Below are positions 19,122 through 28,206 of a stretch of DNA of 64,000 bases, in pieces (the first letter of the stretch is position 1; the number at the start of each line of letters is the position of its first letter). The stretch covers positions 19,166 through 83,165 of the forward strand of contig CAZRLN010000001.1 of NCBI GenBank assembly GCA_964601085.1, given 5' to 3'. The notes under the pieces were generated by a model, which searched no databases, had not been told where the DNA came from, and was given only the letters and a program-made list of their open reading frames with translations. This stretch comes from an uncultured Veillonellaceae bacterium. GTDB lineage: Bacteria; Bacillota; Negativicutes; UBA1444. Both the position numbers and the translations under genes were made by a program.

Positions 19122-20345
19122 TTGAAACTGCCTGAATTGCTGGCGCCGGCCGGCGACATGGAACGTCTGAAAATTGCGCTGGCGTATGGAGCCGATGCCG
19201 TCTATCTGGGCGGCAAAATTTTTGGCCTTCGGGCATTCGCCGATAATTTTTCTCCGGCGGAGCTTGCCGAAGCCTGCCGGTATGCCCATACCCGGTCGCG
19301 CAAAGTTTACGTGACCGTGAACATGTTTCCGCATAACGCCGAAATGGCCTTGTTGCCCGACTATCTGAGCACTTTGGCGGACATCGGTTGTGACGCAATT
19401 CTGGTGGCGGATCCCGGTGTGTTTCGGACCGCACGGAAAGTGGTTCCCCAACTGCCAGTCCATATCAGCACGCAGGCCAACACGACCAATTGGCAATCGG
19501 CGCTGTTCTGGCAGGAACAGGGCGCGAGCCGTATCGTTCTGGCCCGGGAACTGTCCCTGGCGGAGATTCGGGAGATTCGGCAAAATGTTGCAGCGGAACT
19601 GGAGTGCTTTGTGCACGGCGCGATGTGCGTATCGTATTCCGGACGCTGCCTGATGAGCGCCTACATGACGGGACGGGAGGCGAACCGGGGAGAATGTGCC
19701 CAACCCTGCCGCTGGCGCTATGCCCTGGTGGAGGAAAAGCGCCCGGGACAGTATTTTCCGGTGGAGGAAGACGAACACGGGACGTATATCCTGAATTCGA
19801 GGGATCTGTGCCTGCTGGAACAATTGCCGGAGCTGGCGGCGGCGGGAGTCGAGAGTTTCAAGATCGAGGGCCGGATGAAAAGCGTTCATTATCTGGCAAC
19901 AGTAGTCCGGGTGTACCGGGAGGCGTTGGACCGAATGGCGGCCAATCCTGCGATGTATGCGGTTTCGGATCTTTGGCGGGACGAGCTGTACAAGATCGCC
20001 AGCCGCGGTTATACCACCGGCTTTTTTAATGGACCGCCGGCTGCCGACATGCAGGAATATGAAACGGTGCGGGTGTTGCCGGAATGGGAATACTCGGGTC
20101 TGGTCAGGCAGTGGGATTCCGGGCGGGGAATGGCCCTGGTCGAACAACGCAATCATATGCAGCTCGGGGATGAGATCGAGATACTCCGGCCCAATGGAAC
20201 CATCTTCCGACAAACGTTGGACACCATGACCGATGAGGACGGGATGCCGATTGAACGGGCGCCGCACCCGCAACAGCTGCTTTGGTTGCGATTGGCGGAC
20301 GCAGTCGGCGAATATTCGATGATCCGGCGTCGACGCCGCAACTGA
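19122..20345 (+). CDS. peptidase U32 family protein
   Basis: 407 aa with the U32 collagenase-like core (E-x-F-x-H-G-A-x-C-x-S-x-S-G-x-C) and a C-terminal beta-barrel. TTG start with RBS GAGGAAAG. Confidence 0.85.
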   Translation: MKLPELLAPAGDMERLKIALAYGADAVYLGGKIFGLRAFADNFSPAELAEACRYAHTRSRKVYVTVNMFPHNAEMALLPDYLSTLADIGCDAILVADPGVFRTARKVVPQLPVHISTQANTTNWQSALFWQEQGASRIVLARELSLAEIREIRQNVAAELECFVHGAMCVSYSGRCLMSAYMTGREANRGECAQPCRWRYALVEEKRPGQYFPVEEDEHGTYILNSRDLCLLEQLPELAAAGVESFKIEGRMKSVHYLATVVRVYREALDRMAANPAMYAVSDLWRDELYKIASRGYTTGFFNGPPAADMQEYETVRVLPEWEYSGLVRQWDSGRGMALVEQRNHMQLGDEIEILRPNGTIFRQTLDTMTDEDGMPIERAPHPQQLLWLRLADAVGEYSMIRRRRRN

Positions 20346-20435
20346 CGGATTTTTCTGTCCGTCCCTTCGGATGAGTAGCCAAGATCAGGCTTCTTGTGAT
20401 AAAATAAAAAAATCAAAAGTTGTAAAGGCGAGGCA

Positions 20436-20903
20436 ATGGACGCGACAAAACAAAAACGGATTCTGGTGCTGCACGGGCCCAACCTGAATCTGTTGGGCCG
20501 GCGGGAACCTGAAGTCTATGGCAAATTGACGTTGCCGGAGTTAAATGCCCTGTTGCAGGCGAAAGCGATGGAACTGGGCGTGACGCTGGAGTGTGTCCAG
20601 ACCAACCACGAAGGTGTGATGGTGGACACGATTCAGGCGGCGGAAGGACGGTTTGACTTTATTCTGATCAATCCGGCGGCGTTTACGCATTATAGCGTGG
20701 CGGTGCGGGACGCCCTCGCCGCGGTTACGGTTCCGGCCATTGAAGTCCATTTGTCGAATATTTATCGCCGCGAAGAATTCCGACACCATTCCGTTACGGC
20801 GGCAGTCGCAGTAGGACAGATCGCCGGCCTGGGAGCGCAGGGATATCTGTTGGCATTGCAGGCAGCCTGCGGGTTATTGGAAAACAGGAGCAATTCAATT
20901 TGA
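20436..20903 (+). CDS. aroQ: type II 3-dehydroquinate dehydratase
   Basis: [22 protein letters not shown]-terminus and the HLSNI motif. Confidence 0.9.
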   Translation: MDATKQKRILVLHGPNLNLLGRREPEVYGKLTLPELNALLQAKAMELGVTLECVQTNHEGVMVDTIQAAEGRFDFILINPAAFTHYSVAVRDALAAVTVPAIEVHLSNIYRREEFRHHSVTAAVAVGQIAGLGAQGYLLALQAACGLLENRSNSI

Positions 20904-22000
20904 TGACTGCATGGAGAAATCTTGCGTCTTGGCTGCGCCAACAAGAACTGGAAGCAGTTCTTGTCACCGGTCGAACGAATGTGAGATACTTTAGCGGGTT
21001 TGCCGGATCGGCGGGCGTTTTGGCGGTGTCCGGCGATGTCCGCAAAATTTTCGTGGATTTCCGCTATGTCGAACAAGCGGAACAAACGGCGCCCGAATTT
21101 GAAGTGGTCCGATGCCAGGGAAACCCGCTGGATGCGGCGGCTGATTTTTTTCAGCAGCAGGCGTGGCGCAGCATCGGCTTCGAGGAAGAAATATTGACGG
21201 TGGCGGAATTCAGCCGTCTTCAGGCAAAGGTGACCGCAGACCGTTGGCGTCCGGTTCGGCTGGAGCCGTTGCGGACCGTAAAAACGGCGGCGGAGATCGA
21301 AAACATCGTGGCGGCCGCCGTGATCGCCGATACCGCTCTGATTAAGCTATTGCCGATGATCCGACCAGGTGCGACGGAGATAGAACTTGCCGCCGCATTG
21401 GAATATGAGATGCGCAAACTGGGATCCGAGAAACCCGCGTTTGAAACGATTTTGGCCAGCGGACCGCGTTCGGCTCTTCCCCACGGCTCTGCCTCCGGGA
21501 AAAAGCTCGATGCCGGCGATTTCGTGGTGATCGATTTCGGCGCAACCTTTTCGGGGTATCGTTCCGACATGACCCGGACGGTATGTGTGGGAATGGCTTC
21601 CGCCAGGCAGCGGGAAGTCTACGGAACGGTTCTGAAGGCGCAATTGGCGGGTTTGGCGGCGGTTCGCCCCGGCGTATTGTGCCGGGATGTTGATAAAGCC
21701 GCACGGGCGGTCATTGAAGCCGCTGGATATGGAGCGCATTTCGGGCATGGGCTCGGACACGGCGTGGGTCTGGATATTCACGAAAGCCCCCGGTTATCGC
21801 CGACGGCCGGCGAATCCAGACTGGAACCCGGCATGATGGTTACGGTGGAGCCGGGCGTTTATCTGCCGGGCTGGGGCGGAGTTCGGATTGAGGATCTTGT
21901 AGTGGTCACGGAAACGGGTTGCCGAATTCTCAGTCCGATGACCAAAGAGTTGCTGGAACTGAACGAAACGATCGGTTGCCACTTGGAAGGTCTCATTTAA
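20903..22000 (+). CDS. pepP: Xaa-Pro aminopeptidase (M24B family)
   Basis: Creatinase N-terminal domain and M24 pita-bread domain with the metal ligands D...D...HGLGHGVGLDIHE...E...E. Confidence 0.85.
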   Translation: MTAWRNLASWLRQQELEAVLVTGRTNVRYFSGFAGSAGVLAVSGDVRKIFVDFRYVEQAEQTAPEFEVVRCQGNPLDAAADFFQQQAWRSIGFEEEILTVAEFSRLQAKVTADRWRPVRLEPLRTVKTAAEIENIVAAAVIADTALIKLLPMIRPGATEIELAAALEYEMRKLGSEKPAFETILASGPRSALPHGSASGKKLDAGDFVVIDFGATFSGYRSDMTRTVCVGMASARQREVYGTVLKAQLAGLAAVRPGVLCRDVDKAARAVIEAAGYGAHFGHGLGHGVGLDIHESPRLSPTAGESRLEPGMMVTVEPGVYLPGWGGVRIEDLVVVTETGCRILSPMTKELLELNETIGCHLEGLI

Positions 22001-22019
22001 ATGAAGGGGTGGAGTACAA

Positions 22020-22577
22020 ATGATTTCGAGCAATGAATTTCGGAACGGCGTGACGGTGGAGATGGACGGGGATGCCTGGCAAGTGGTTGAGTTCCAGCAT
22101 GTCAAGCCCGGTAAGGGCGCGGCGTTTGTGCGGGCGAAAATGAAAAACATCCGGACTGGCGCCGTGGTTGAGCGGACATTCAATCCGGGCGAAAAAATGG
22201 CCCGGGCCCATCTCGACAACCGGCAAATGCAGTATTTGTATGAATCGGATGGCGCATACAATTTCATGGACAACGAAAATTATGAACAGATCGCCATTAC
22301 GGCGGAACAATTGGGCAACGCGACAAATTTCCTCAAGGAAAACATGAATATCAGCGTTCAGTTTTATCAAGGAGCGATCATGGGAGTTGAGCTGCCGGTT
22401 TCCGTTGAATTGGAAGTGGTGGAAACCGATCCCGGCATCCGTGGCGATACTGCGACCGGCGGCACCAAACCGGCCAAGGTAGAGACCGGTTACGTTGTGA
22501 AAGTGCCGCTCTTCATCAATATTGGCGATGTTTTGCGAGTCGATACCCGAACCGGCGACTACATCGAACGGGCGTAA
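22020..22577 (+). CDS. efp: elongation factor P
   Basis: 185 aa. [10 protein letters not shown] and the [10 protein letters not shown] loop carrying the modified Lys. Confidence 0.95.
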   Translation: MISSNEFRNGVTVEMDGDAWQVVEFQHVKPGKGAAFVRAKMKNIRTGAVVERTFNPGEKMARAHLDNRQMQYLYESDGAYNFMDNENYEQIAITAEQLGNATNFLKENMNISVQFYQGAIMGVELPVSVELEVVETDPGIRGDTATGGTKPAKVETGYVVKVPLFINIGDVLRVDTRTGDYIERA

Positions 22578-22607
22578 CCAAACTGCGAATACGTGACAGC
22601 ATGTTTT

Positions 22608-22635
22608 AAAAATCCCGTTTCGACGGGATTTTTAT
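22608..22635 (+). terminator. rho-independent terminator after efp
   Basis: Stem atcccgt/acgggat with a 4-nt loop, followed by TTTTTAT. Confidence 0.75.
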
Positions 22636-22762
22636 GCTATTGGCAAACAGCACGCAGTGTTCGCGAAAAATGTATAAAATAGAAGGGATATTCAGAGGGT
22701 AAGTTGAATATAATTACAACGGACAGAACAGGCGTGCAGTCTCGCCGTAAGGAGGGGCCGAA

Positions 22763-23170
22763 GTGGATGATTCCAAATTAACGGACATTGCGGGAGACCA
22801 GGGGATGGATTTGGGCAGTGTTCGAATTGCCGATGAAGTTATTGCCTCGATTGCGGGGATCGCCGCAGCCGATGTCACCGGCGTGGTCGGAATGAGCAGC
22901 GGTCTGATCGGCGGCATGGCGGAAATGATGGGGAAAAAGAATCCGGCCAAGGGTGTCAAGGTTCAGGTCGGCGCCCGGGAAGTAGCGGTCGATTTGTATA
23001 TCATTGTCGAATATGGTCTGCGGATTCCGGATGTGGCGCTGCAGGTCCAGGAAAAAGTGAAGGAAGCCGTGGAAACCGCCACCGGTCTGTCGGTAATTGA
23101 AGTCAATGTTCATGTGCAGGGAGTGGGATTCTCCCAGGTCGACACGGATGAAGAGCTCCGGTTGCGATAG
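22763..23170 (+). CDS. Asp23/Gls24 family alkaline shock protein
   Basis: Asp23 family (DUF322). GTG start with RBS AAGGAGGGG. Confidence 0.8.
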   Translation: MDDSKLTDIAGDQGMDLGSVRIADEVIASIAGIAAADVTGVVGMSSGLIGGMAEMMGKKNPAKGVKVQVGAREVAVDLYIIVEYGLRIPDVALQVQEKVKEAVETATGLSVIEVNVHVQGVGFSQVDTDEELRLR

Positions 23171-23181
23171 GAGGACTGCGG

Positions 23182-23721
23182 ATGGGCATTATTGACAGAA
23201 TCATTCTTTCAATCTATACGATCTTGTTAACCGTCCTTTCCCTGATCGCCATCCTGCTTTCAGCGAAAATTTTGCCGCAGGAGTATTGGCAGCAAGGGCT
23301 GTCGCTCATTTATGGGCGGTGGGAAGCGGCGTTGATCGGGGGAGTGTTTTTTCTGGTCAGCATCCGTCTCTTACTGGCGGGACTACGATCGCGCCGAGGA
23401 CCGAGTAAAATCGTGCATCAGACGGAAATGGGCGTGGTCGAGATTTCGATCGGCGCCGTGGAAGATCTGATTGCCAAAACCGCCCGACACACCCGGGGGG
23501 TTCGGAACGCCAAGGTGCATATCAAACAATTGGCGGAGGAAGTCAAGGTGGATCTGCGGATCGTGGTGGGGCCGGAATATAATATCCCGAAGGTCGCGGC
23601 GGAAATTCAGCAGCGGACCCAGGAATACCTGAAAAATACCGTTGGCGTTTCGATGAGCGAAGTCCGGATTTTGGTGAATGATATTTCCAATGAGTTCAAA
23701 AGCAAGACGCGTGTGGACTGA
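23182..23721 (+). CDS. alkaline shock response membrane anchor protein (AmaP-like)
   Basis: N-terminal TM helices followed by an Asp23-like C-terminal region. It is in an operon directly after asp23. Confidence 0.6.
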   Translation: MGIIDRIILSIYTILLTVLSLIAILLSAKILPQEYWQQGLSLIYGRWEAALIGGVFFLVSIRLLLAGLRSRRGPSKIVHQTEMGVVEISIGAVEDLIAKTARHTRGVRNAKVHIKQLAEEVKVDLRIVVGPEYNIPKVAAEIQQRTQEYLKNTVGVSMSEVRILVNDISNEFKSKTRVD

Positions 23722-23739
23722 GAACGGGGAGGAAAAAAC

Positions 23740-23967
23740 ATGGACCCGATTTTGTTTCAGGAAATCTGGCGGGCGCACAGCGGCAAGATCATAGGAGTAT
23801 CCATCGGCTTTTTTCTGGGACTGATGATTCTTGCCATCGGTTTCTTCCAGGCGCTGTTTGTTTTGTTTTGCATGGTGGTCGGGTATATTGTCGGAAAACG
23901 GATCGATGATAAAGAAGATTTGATGGAGATTTTGGACAAGTTGTTACCTCCGGGAACCCATCGATAG
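23740..23967 (+). CDS. DUF2273 small membrane protein
   Basis: 75 aa with two TM segments. It is the third gene of the asp23-amaP operon, as in staphylococci and bacilli. Confidence 0.55.
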   Translation: MDPILFQEIWRAHSGKIIGVSIGFFLGLMILAIGFFQALFVLFCMVVGYIVGKRIDDKEDLMEILDKLLPPGTHR

Positions 23968-23987
23968 ATAGGAGCGCATAATATAAC

Positions 23988-24401
23988 ATGAGTCGAAGAA
24001 AGGCCCGCGAACTGGCTTTGCAGATTTTGTTCCACATCGACTTCACCGGCGGTTCTCCCCGGGAGGTCATTACTGCTGTTTATGATATGCAGGATGAAAC
24101 TGTATCGGACAGCGTGAATGAGTACGTGGAATGGGTTGTTTTGGGGACACTGGAGCATCAGGCGGAAATCGACAAGCTGATTTCGGAGCTGGCGCACGAT
24201 TGGAAGCTGGAACGCATGGGCGGGGTGGATCGCGCCGCGACGCGGATGGCGATTTATGAAATCAAGTTCGGCGAGAGCCGGATTCCGCCTCGCGCCGCAG
24301 TGAACGAAGCGGTGGAGTTGGCCAAGCATTATGGCTCCGAAGAGTCGGGGCGGTTTGTCAACGGGATTTTGGGATCCCTGGTGCGAGGCTTGCCGGAATA
24401 A
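23988..24401 (+). CDS. nusB: transcription antitermination factor NusB
   Basis: 137 aa. RRKARELALQ N-terminus is the NusB signature. Confidence 0.9.
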   Translation: MSRRKARELALQILFHIDFTGGSPREVITAVYDMQDETVSDSVNEYVEWVVLGTLEHQAEIDKLISELAHDWKLERMGGVDRAATRMAIYEIKFGESRIPPRAAVNEAVELAKHYGSEESGRFVNGILGSLVRGLPE

Positions 24402-24402
24402 G

Positions 24403-25356
24403 ATGGAAGTGGCTGTTGGGATCGATACCAGCTGTTATACCACATCCACCGCTGCAGTGGACCCAGCGGGCAACCTGATTGCCGATTGCCGGATTCCTTT
24501 GCGGGTGAAACCGGGCGGCAAGGGACTGGCCCAGTCGGAGATGGTTTTCCAGCATGTGCGTAACTTGCCGGTTGTCATGAAGGAGTTGCGCCGTGCCATC
24601 GGGAAGGATGCTCGCATTGTGGCCGTAGGCGCATCGTGGCGGCCCCGGCCGCTGGAAGATTCTTATATGCCGGCATTTCTCGCCGGGTTCGGCCTGGCGG
24701 AAGCGCTCGGTGCAGTGTTGAACTGCCCGGTTGTCGGAATCAGCCATCAGGAGAATCATGTTTTGGCGGGAATGTGGTCTGTTGGCGAAGCGTTTGACGA
24801 ATCTTTCCTGGCGGTGCATGTTTCTGGCGGCACCACCGAGATTTTGCATGTCCGGCAGTTTCCGGACCGTCTCGATCTGGAGTTGATTGGCGGCAGCCGC
24901 GACCTGCATGCCGGGCAATTCGTCGATCGGGTGGGAGTGGCGTTGGGCTTGCCGTTTCCGGCCGGGCCGCATCTGGAGGCATTGGCGGAGAAGTGCAGCG
25001 GGCCAGTTCTGGAACTTCCCGTTTCCGTAGATGGAACCCAGATCAGCTTTTCCGGTCCTGAGTCCCATGTGCGGCGCTGGCTGGCAGCGGCGCCGGAACC
25101 GGCCGCAGTGGCGGCGGCGGTCCAGGAGTGTATAGCCGGTTCGTTGTTGCGGGCTATTCTGGCGGCGATCGGGCAGACTAAGTCCAAAACGGTGCTGTTG
25201 GTGGGGGGAGTTGCGGCCAATCGTTTCATCCGCGCTAAACTGGCGGTGGAAATGCAACGGAGAGACTGTGCAACGGTTTGTTGGCCTGAACCCCAATATA
25301 GCGGGGATAATGCGGTGGGAGCGGCTTGGTGGGCGCTTCACCACAGGGTGGTGTGA
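24403..25356 (+). CDS. Kae1/TsaD-like (peptidase M22 / glycoprotease family) protein
   Basis: GIDTSCYTTSTAAVD N-terminus and HQENH metal site parallel the TsaD GIETSCDDT and HHMEGH motifs. ASKHA fold. The ORF-track start at 24331 is an over-extension, and the ATG at 24403 abuts the nusB stop. Confidence 0.65.
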   Translation: MEVAVGIDTSCYTTSTAAVDPAGNLIADCRIPLRVKPGGKGLAQSEMVFQHVRNLPVVMKELRRAIGKDARIVAVGASWRPRPLEDSYMPAFLAGFGLAEALGAVLNCPVVGISHQENHVLAGMWSVGEAFDESFLAVHVSGGTTEILHVRQFPDRLDLELIGGSRDLHAGQFVDRVGVALGLPFPAGPHLEALAEKCSGPVLELPVSVDGTQISFSGPESHVRRWLAAAPEPAAVAAAVQECIAGSLLRAILAAIGQTKSKTVLLVGGVAANRFIRAKLAVEMQRRDCATVCWPEPQYSGDNAVGAAWWALHHRVV

Positions 25357-26588
25357 CAGAGCTGACGAATTTTCTAGAAGCCGATGCTCTGAGCGTGACG
25401 GAATTGACGTCCCATATCCGTCGCCTGTTCGAGGACGATCCGTTGTTGAGCCGGGTTCGGGTCCGGGGTGAACTCTCGAATTTCCGTCGGCATCATTCGG
25501 GGCATTGTTATTTTACGCTGAAGGATTCCGGCGCCTCCCTGCGGTGCGTAATGTTCCGCAGCCGGGCCACCGGCTTGCGTTTTGAACCGGCTGATGGAAT
25601 CCAGGTGCGGATCAGCGGACATGTTTCCATTTATGAACGGGATGGATCGTATCAGTTGTATGCCGATTCCATGGTTGCCGACGGGTTGGGCGATTTGAGC
25701 CTTGCCTTCGCCAAGTTGCGGGAAAAGCTGCTTGCTGAGGGAATGTTCGATGAATCCCGAAAAAAAACGTTGCCGTTGTTGCCGCGGGCCATTGGCGTGG
25801 TAACTTCGCCAACCGGTGCGGTGATCCGGGATATTGTAAGCGTCGCGCGGCGTCGTCACGCAGGAATTCCGATCTTGCTGGTTCCGGCGCAAGTGCAGGG
25901 CGAAGAAGCTCCGGAGCAGATTGTGCGGGGAATTCAGCTGCTGGATCGTTCCGGTCGGGTGGATGTAATCATCATCGGGCGAGGCGGCGGCAGCATCGAG
26001 GAATTATGGGCGTTTAACGATGAACGGGTTGTAAGGGCCATCGCGGCTGCGGTTACGCCGGTTGTATCGGCTGTGGGCCACCAGACGGATTTTACGCTCA
26101 GCGATTTTGCAGCCGATCTGCGGGCCGCTACGCCTTCGGCGGCAGCGGAACTGACGACGCCGGACCGGGCGGCTATGACCCGGCGGTTATTGGCGGCGCA
26201 GCATCGGTTGAACCAAGGGTTGCGACACCGGCTGATCCGGCGGCGGTTGCGGTTGGAGCGCTGTCTGGCGTCTAGACTGTTTCGGCGGCCCGGCGAATTG
26301 CTGCAGGAACGGATTCAGCACCTGGACCAAATTCAGGAGCGCCTGGCGAACGCGATCGCGAACCTGATGAGTCGGAAACGGCAGCGCTGGCAGCTGGCCG
26401 ATGAAAAACTGAACCTGCTGAACCCCTTGCAGGTATTGCAACGGGGCTATAGTGTCGTACGGCGATCTGACGGACAGGTGGTTCGTCGGGCGGAAACCGT
26501 CCGGCAGGGTGAGCGCCTTGATGTATGGCTGCAGGAGGGACGGTTGGGCGTTATTGTAGAGGAAGCGGAGAAGGTGAGGCAGTCTTGA
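25326..26588 (+). CDS. xseA: exodeoxyribonuclease VII large subunit
   Basis: OB-fold N-terminus (LSVTELT...) followed by a long coiled-coil C-terminus. TTG/GTG start. Confidence 0.9.
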   Translation: MVGASPQGGVTELTNFLEADALSVTELTSHIRRLFEDDPLLSRVRVRGELSNFRRHHSGHCYFTLKDSGASLRCVMFRSRATGLRFEPADGIQVRISGHVSIYERDGSYQLYADSMVADGLGDLSLAFAKLREKLLAEGMFDESRKKTLPLLPRAIGVVTSPTGAVIRDIVSVARRRHAGIPILLVPAQVQGEEAPEQIVRGIQLLDRSGRVDVIIIGRGGGSIEELWAFNDERVVRAIAAAVTPVVSAVGHQTDFTLSDFAADLRAATPSAAAELTTPDRAAMTRRLLAAQHRLNQGLRHRLIRRRLRLERCLASRLFRRPGELLQERIQHLDQIQERLANAIANLMSRKRQRWQLADEKLNLLNPLQVLQRGYSVVRRSDGQVVRRAETVRQGERLDVWLQEGRLGVIVEEAEKVRQS

Positions 26589-26845
26589 GAAAGAAAGAGT
26601 CTACGGAATCTGTCGCCAATCTGAGTTTTGACGAAGCGCTGGCGCGGCTGGAAGCGTTAGTGGATGAGATGGAACACGGCGAGTTGAGCTTGGAGGCGGC
26701 CATGAAAAAGCATGCGGAAGGATCCGCGCTGTCCCAATATTGTCTGCAACAACTGCAGATGGCGGAAACGGCTGTCAACAAGGTGATCCGGGAATCTAAC
26801 GGAGCCTTGTCGGAGATGGAACTGATTTTGCCGGAGGCGGACTGA
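26585..26845 (+). CDS. xseB: exodeoxyribonuclease VII small subunit
   Basis: LSFDEALARLEALVDEMEHGELSLE signature. TTG start overlapping the xseA stop. Confidence 0.85.
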   Translation: MRKKESTESVANLSFDEALARLEALVDEMEHGELSLEAAMKKHAEGSALSQYCLQQLQMAETAVNKVIRESNGALSEMELILPEAD

Positions 26846-27723
26846 TGTGGCGTAACTATTTAAAAGAACACCAAATTCAGGTGGAAGCCTGGATGCAATC
26901 GTTGGTTCCGGCGCAGCCCGGTCCTCTGACGCAAGTGATGGAGTCGATGCGGTACAGTCTGTTCGCCGGCGGCAAAAGGCTGCGGCCGATATTGCTGATG
27001 GCGGCGGCTGATGCCGTCGGTTCTGATGGACAACGCTTTTTGCAGTCCGCCTGCGCGTTGGAAATGATTCACACCTATTCCCTCATTCATGATGACTTGC
27101 CGGCCATGGACGACGATGATTACCGACGGGGCCGCTTGACCAATCACAAGGTCTTTGGCGAAGGAATGGCGATATTGGCGGGAGACGGGCTGTTGACGCT
27201 GGCGTTTGAAACCTTGCTTTCCCAGCCGGGAGTGACGCCGGACGTCTTGGTGCGTGTAACGAGCGAAGTGGCGCAAGCCGCGGGTCCATCGGGAATGGTG
27301 GGGGGACAGGCCATTGATTTGGGTTCGGAGGGGCAGCAACCTTCGCCGGAAGTCATGAAACTGATGCATCGGCTGAAAACGGGCGCACTGTTTCGGGCTA
27401 GCCTGCGGGCGGGCGCGATGTTGGGCGGCGGATCCGACGAAGATGTTCGGGGATTGACCGATTACGCGGAACAATTTGGCCTGGCCTTCCAGATTACGGA
27501 TGATATTCTTGACGTCACCGGCACCGAAGCGGCCTTGGGAAAACCTATCGGCAGCGATGAAAAGAACAATAAGGCAACCTATGTTTCCGTCTATTCCCTG
27601 CCGGCAGCGCGACGGATGGCGCAAGAGGCGGTGACGGACGCGGTCGCCGCTCTCGACCGGTTTGGCGACAGGGCGTGGGTGTTGCGGAGTCTGGCGGAGT
27701 ATCTGCTGACTCGCGACAGTTGA
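26845..27723 (+). CDS. ispA: farnesyl diphosphate synthase (polyprenyl synthetase)
   Basis: FARM motif LIHDDLPAMDDDDYRRG and SARM motif FQITDDILD. Confidence 0.9.
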   Translation: MWRNYLKEHQIQVEAWMQSLVPAQPGPLTQVMESMRYSLFAGGKRLRPILLMAAADAVGSDGQRFLQSACALEMIHTYSLIHDDLPAMDDDDYRRGRLTNHKVFGEGMAILAGDGLLTLAFETLLSQPGVTPDVLVRVTSEVAQAAGPSGMVGGQAIDLGSEGQQPSPEVMKLMHRLKTGALFRASLRAGAMLGGGSDEDVRGLTDYAEQFGLAFQITDDILDVTGTEAALGKPIGSDEKNNKATYVSVYSLPAARRMAQEAVTDAVAALDRFGDRAWVLRSLAEYLLTRDS

Positions 27724-27733
27724 GGGCTAGACA

Positions 27734-28192
27734 ATGAATGAGTTGTTGGCTGCGCTACTTCGCAATCAGGTTTTCATGTCGGCGCTTGCAGCCTGGACCG
27801 TGGCCCAACTGACCAAGATCCTGCGCGATGTTTTTCGGGGGAATTTTCGCTGGGAACGGGTAACTGGCGCTGGCGGGATGCCGAGTTCCCATTCGGCGAT
27901 GGTGGTGGCCACGACGTTGTCCTCCGGTTTGACGGCTGGCTTTGACAGTCCTTTTTTCGCCATTTCTTTTGTCCTGTCCGGCATCGTCATGTATGACGCC
28001 GCCGGCGTTCGCCGTCACGCCGGGCGACATGCCCGGGCCTTGAACCGCATCATTTTGGAACTGAAAGCGGAACATCCGTTGAAAAACATCCGACTGAAAG
28101 AACTGATCGGCCATTCTCCCCTGGAGGTGTTGGCCGGAGCGATCCAGGGATTGATTGTCAGTTGGTTGGTTTGCCGAATTATTTATACCTGA
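27734..28192 (+). CDS. divergent PAP2 / DUF212 family membrane protein
   Basis: Acid phosphatase/vanadium-dependent haloperoxidase-related family with motif GMPSSHSA. Confidence 0.7.
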   Translation: MNELLAALLRNQVFMSALAAWTVAQLTKILRDVFRGNFRWERVTGAGGMPSSHSAMVVATTLSSGLTAGFDSPFFAISFVLSGIVMYDAAGVRRHAGRHARALNRIILELKAEHPLKNIRLKELIGHSPLEVLAGAIQGLIVSWLVCRIIYT

Positions 28193-28206
28193 AAGGAGCC
28201 CTGTTT

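Noticed and set aside
18720-20273. 517-aa minus-strand ORF antisense to the U32 peptidase and mltG 3' end
   Set aside because: Shadow ORF with Arg/Gly/Pro-rich composition. No RBS or domain signature. The plus-strand genes are well supported.
22640-22762. Possible sigma-B-type promoter (GGGATA / GGGTAA elements) upstream of asp23
   Set aside because: Asp23 is SigB-dependent in Bacillus. However, I could not find a properly spaced GTTTAA -35 element, and this lineage may lack SigB.
24358-25344. 328-aa minus-strand ORF antisense to the Kae1/TsaD-like gene
   Set aside because: Same shadow-ORF artefact, lying fully inside a plus-strand gene with recognisable motifs.
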